64,000 bases of DNA, taken from positions 12,958,001-13,022,000 of the forward strand of contig NC_087257.1 of NCBI RefSeq assembly GCF_037042905.1. The letters are read 5' to 3'. Position numbers and translations under genes: made by a program. Positions 63,485-64,000 of the stretch are shown piece by piece. The notes under the pieces are model-generated. The model was not told the DNA's origin. It saw nothing but the letters and a program-made list of their open reading frames with translations, and made no database searches. This stretch comes from Lytechinus pictus. Lineage: Eukaryota. Position 1 is the stretch's first letter. Each line of letters begins with the position of its first letter.

Positions 63485-64000
63485 ATGGAGGAAAGCCAAA
63501 AAAAAAGGACAGGAAAAGAAACTGGGACAGTTCAGAAAAAAACCCTCCTTGTTCACCTCGTTGGTAATAGAATAGACATAATAGAGAAGAAGGAAAACGA
63601 TTTTCAGGCAAACTTGGCCAAAATCAGGGCCTGGGAGGAAATCTTCGGTGAATTTCGAGCCCGGTATGGAGAGAGGAGGAGCATAAAAGAAATACGAGAT
63701 CAATGGAAAAGGATAAAGCTCGCGGGGAAGGCTGAATGGACCGACTTCTCCAAAAAGAGGAGGATGACGGGAGAGCCACCCCAGCAACCCTCGGACCTCT
63801 CCGTCCATCTGCGGGACATGGTCCCAAATGAGTTCGCCCAGATTCTCAACGAGTACGATGACGATGCAGGCATTGCCCGTCAGAACGACGATGCAGTGTA
63901 TGCATTCGAGTACCTTGCAGGAATGCTGCCAGTGTTGGAGAAGGGAGAACGGACAAAGTACACGAAGAAGAGGAACAGCCGAAGGAATTTTGTCCGTGTA
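63485..64000 (+). CDS. Myb/SANT-LINE ORF1 chimera, copy 3 (open to window end)
   Basis: Compensating +2/+1 homopolymer indels keep 172 codons open. Confidence 0.65.
   Translation, partial: MEESQKKRTGKETGTVQKKTLLVHLVGNRIDIIEKKENDFQANLAKIRAWEEIFGEFRARYGERRSIKEIRDQWKRIKLAGKAEWTDFSKKRRMTGEPPQQPSDLSVHLRDMVPNEFAQILNEYDDDAGIARQNDDAVYAFEYLAGMLPVLEKGERTKYTKKRNSRRNFVRV

Larger units (their letters stand above)
59831..64000 (+). repeat. Head-to-tail tandem array, ~1.82-kb unit, at least 2.3 copies, runs off the window
   Basis: AATAACCATGGAGGAAAG recurs with ATG at 59838, 61664 and 63485. Confidence 0.95.

Noticed and set aside
59694-63827. Antisense and alternate-frame ORFs over the array
   Set aside because: Shadows of the plus-strand chimera with no recognisable domains.

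Overview
AT-rich, repeat-dense animal genomic DNA with five assembly gaps. It is probably an invertebrate deuterostome such as a sea urchin, inferred from the MITE/SINE types and base composition. The ORF track largely misses two divergently oriented spliced genes. The first, on the minus strand, is coding exons 1-3 of an IA-2/phogrin (PTPRN/PTPRN2-family) gene (signal peptide plus RESP18-homology domain; 24814-24736, 7236-7189, 2415-2273), which continues off the left edge. The second, on the plus strand, is a 14-coding-exon, ~629-aa single-pass LRR membrane protein without a TIR domain (31252-46849). Introns contain Kolobok-, Harbinger-, hAT- and mariner-type MITEs, SINEs and a 5.3-kb foldback element, and piggyBac- and CACTA-type MITEs lie downstream of the LRR gene. 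From ~53 kb to the end is a patchwork of transposon coding fragments, all on the plus strand: LINE ORF1, chromo/PHD, Harbinger, Kolobok and hAT. It ends in a ~1.82-kb tandem array whose unit encodes an apparent chimera of a Harbinger-type Myb/SANT DNA-binding domain and a LINE ORF1p RNA-binding module, which is the most novel-looking feature. All calls come from manual reading; no database searches were run.
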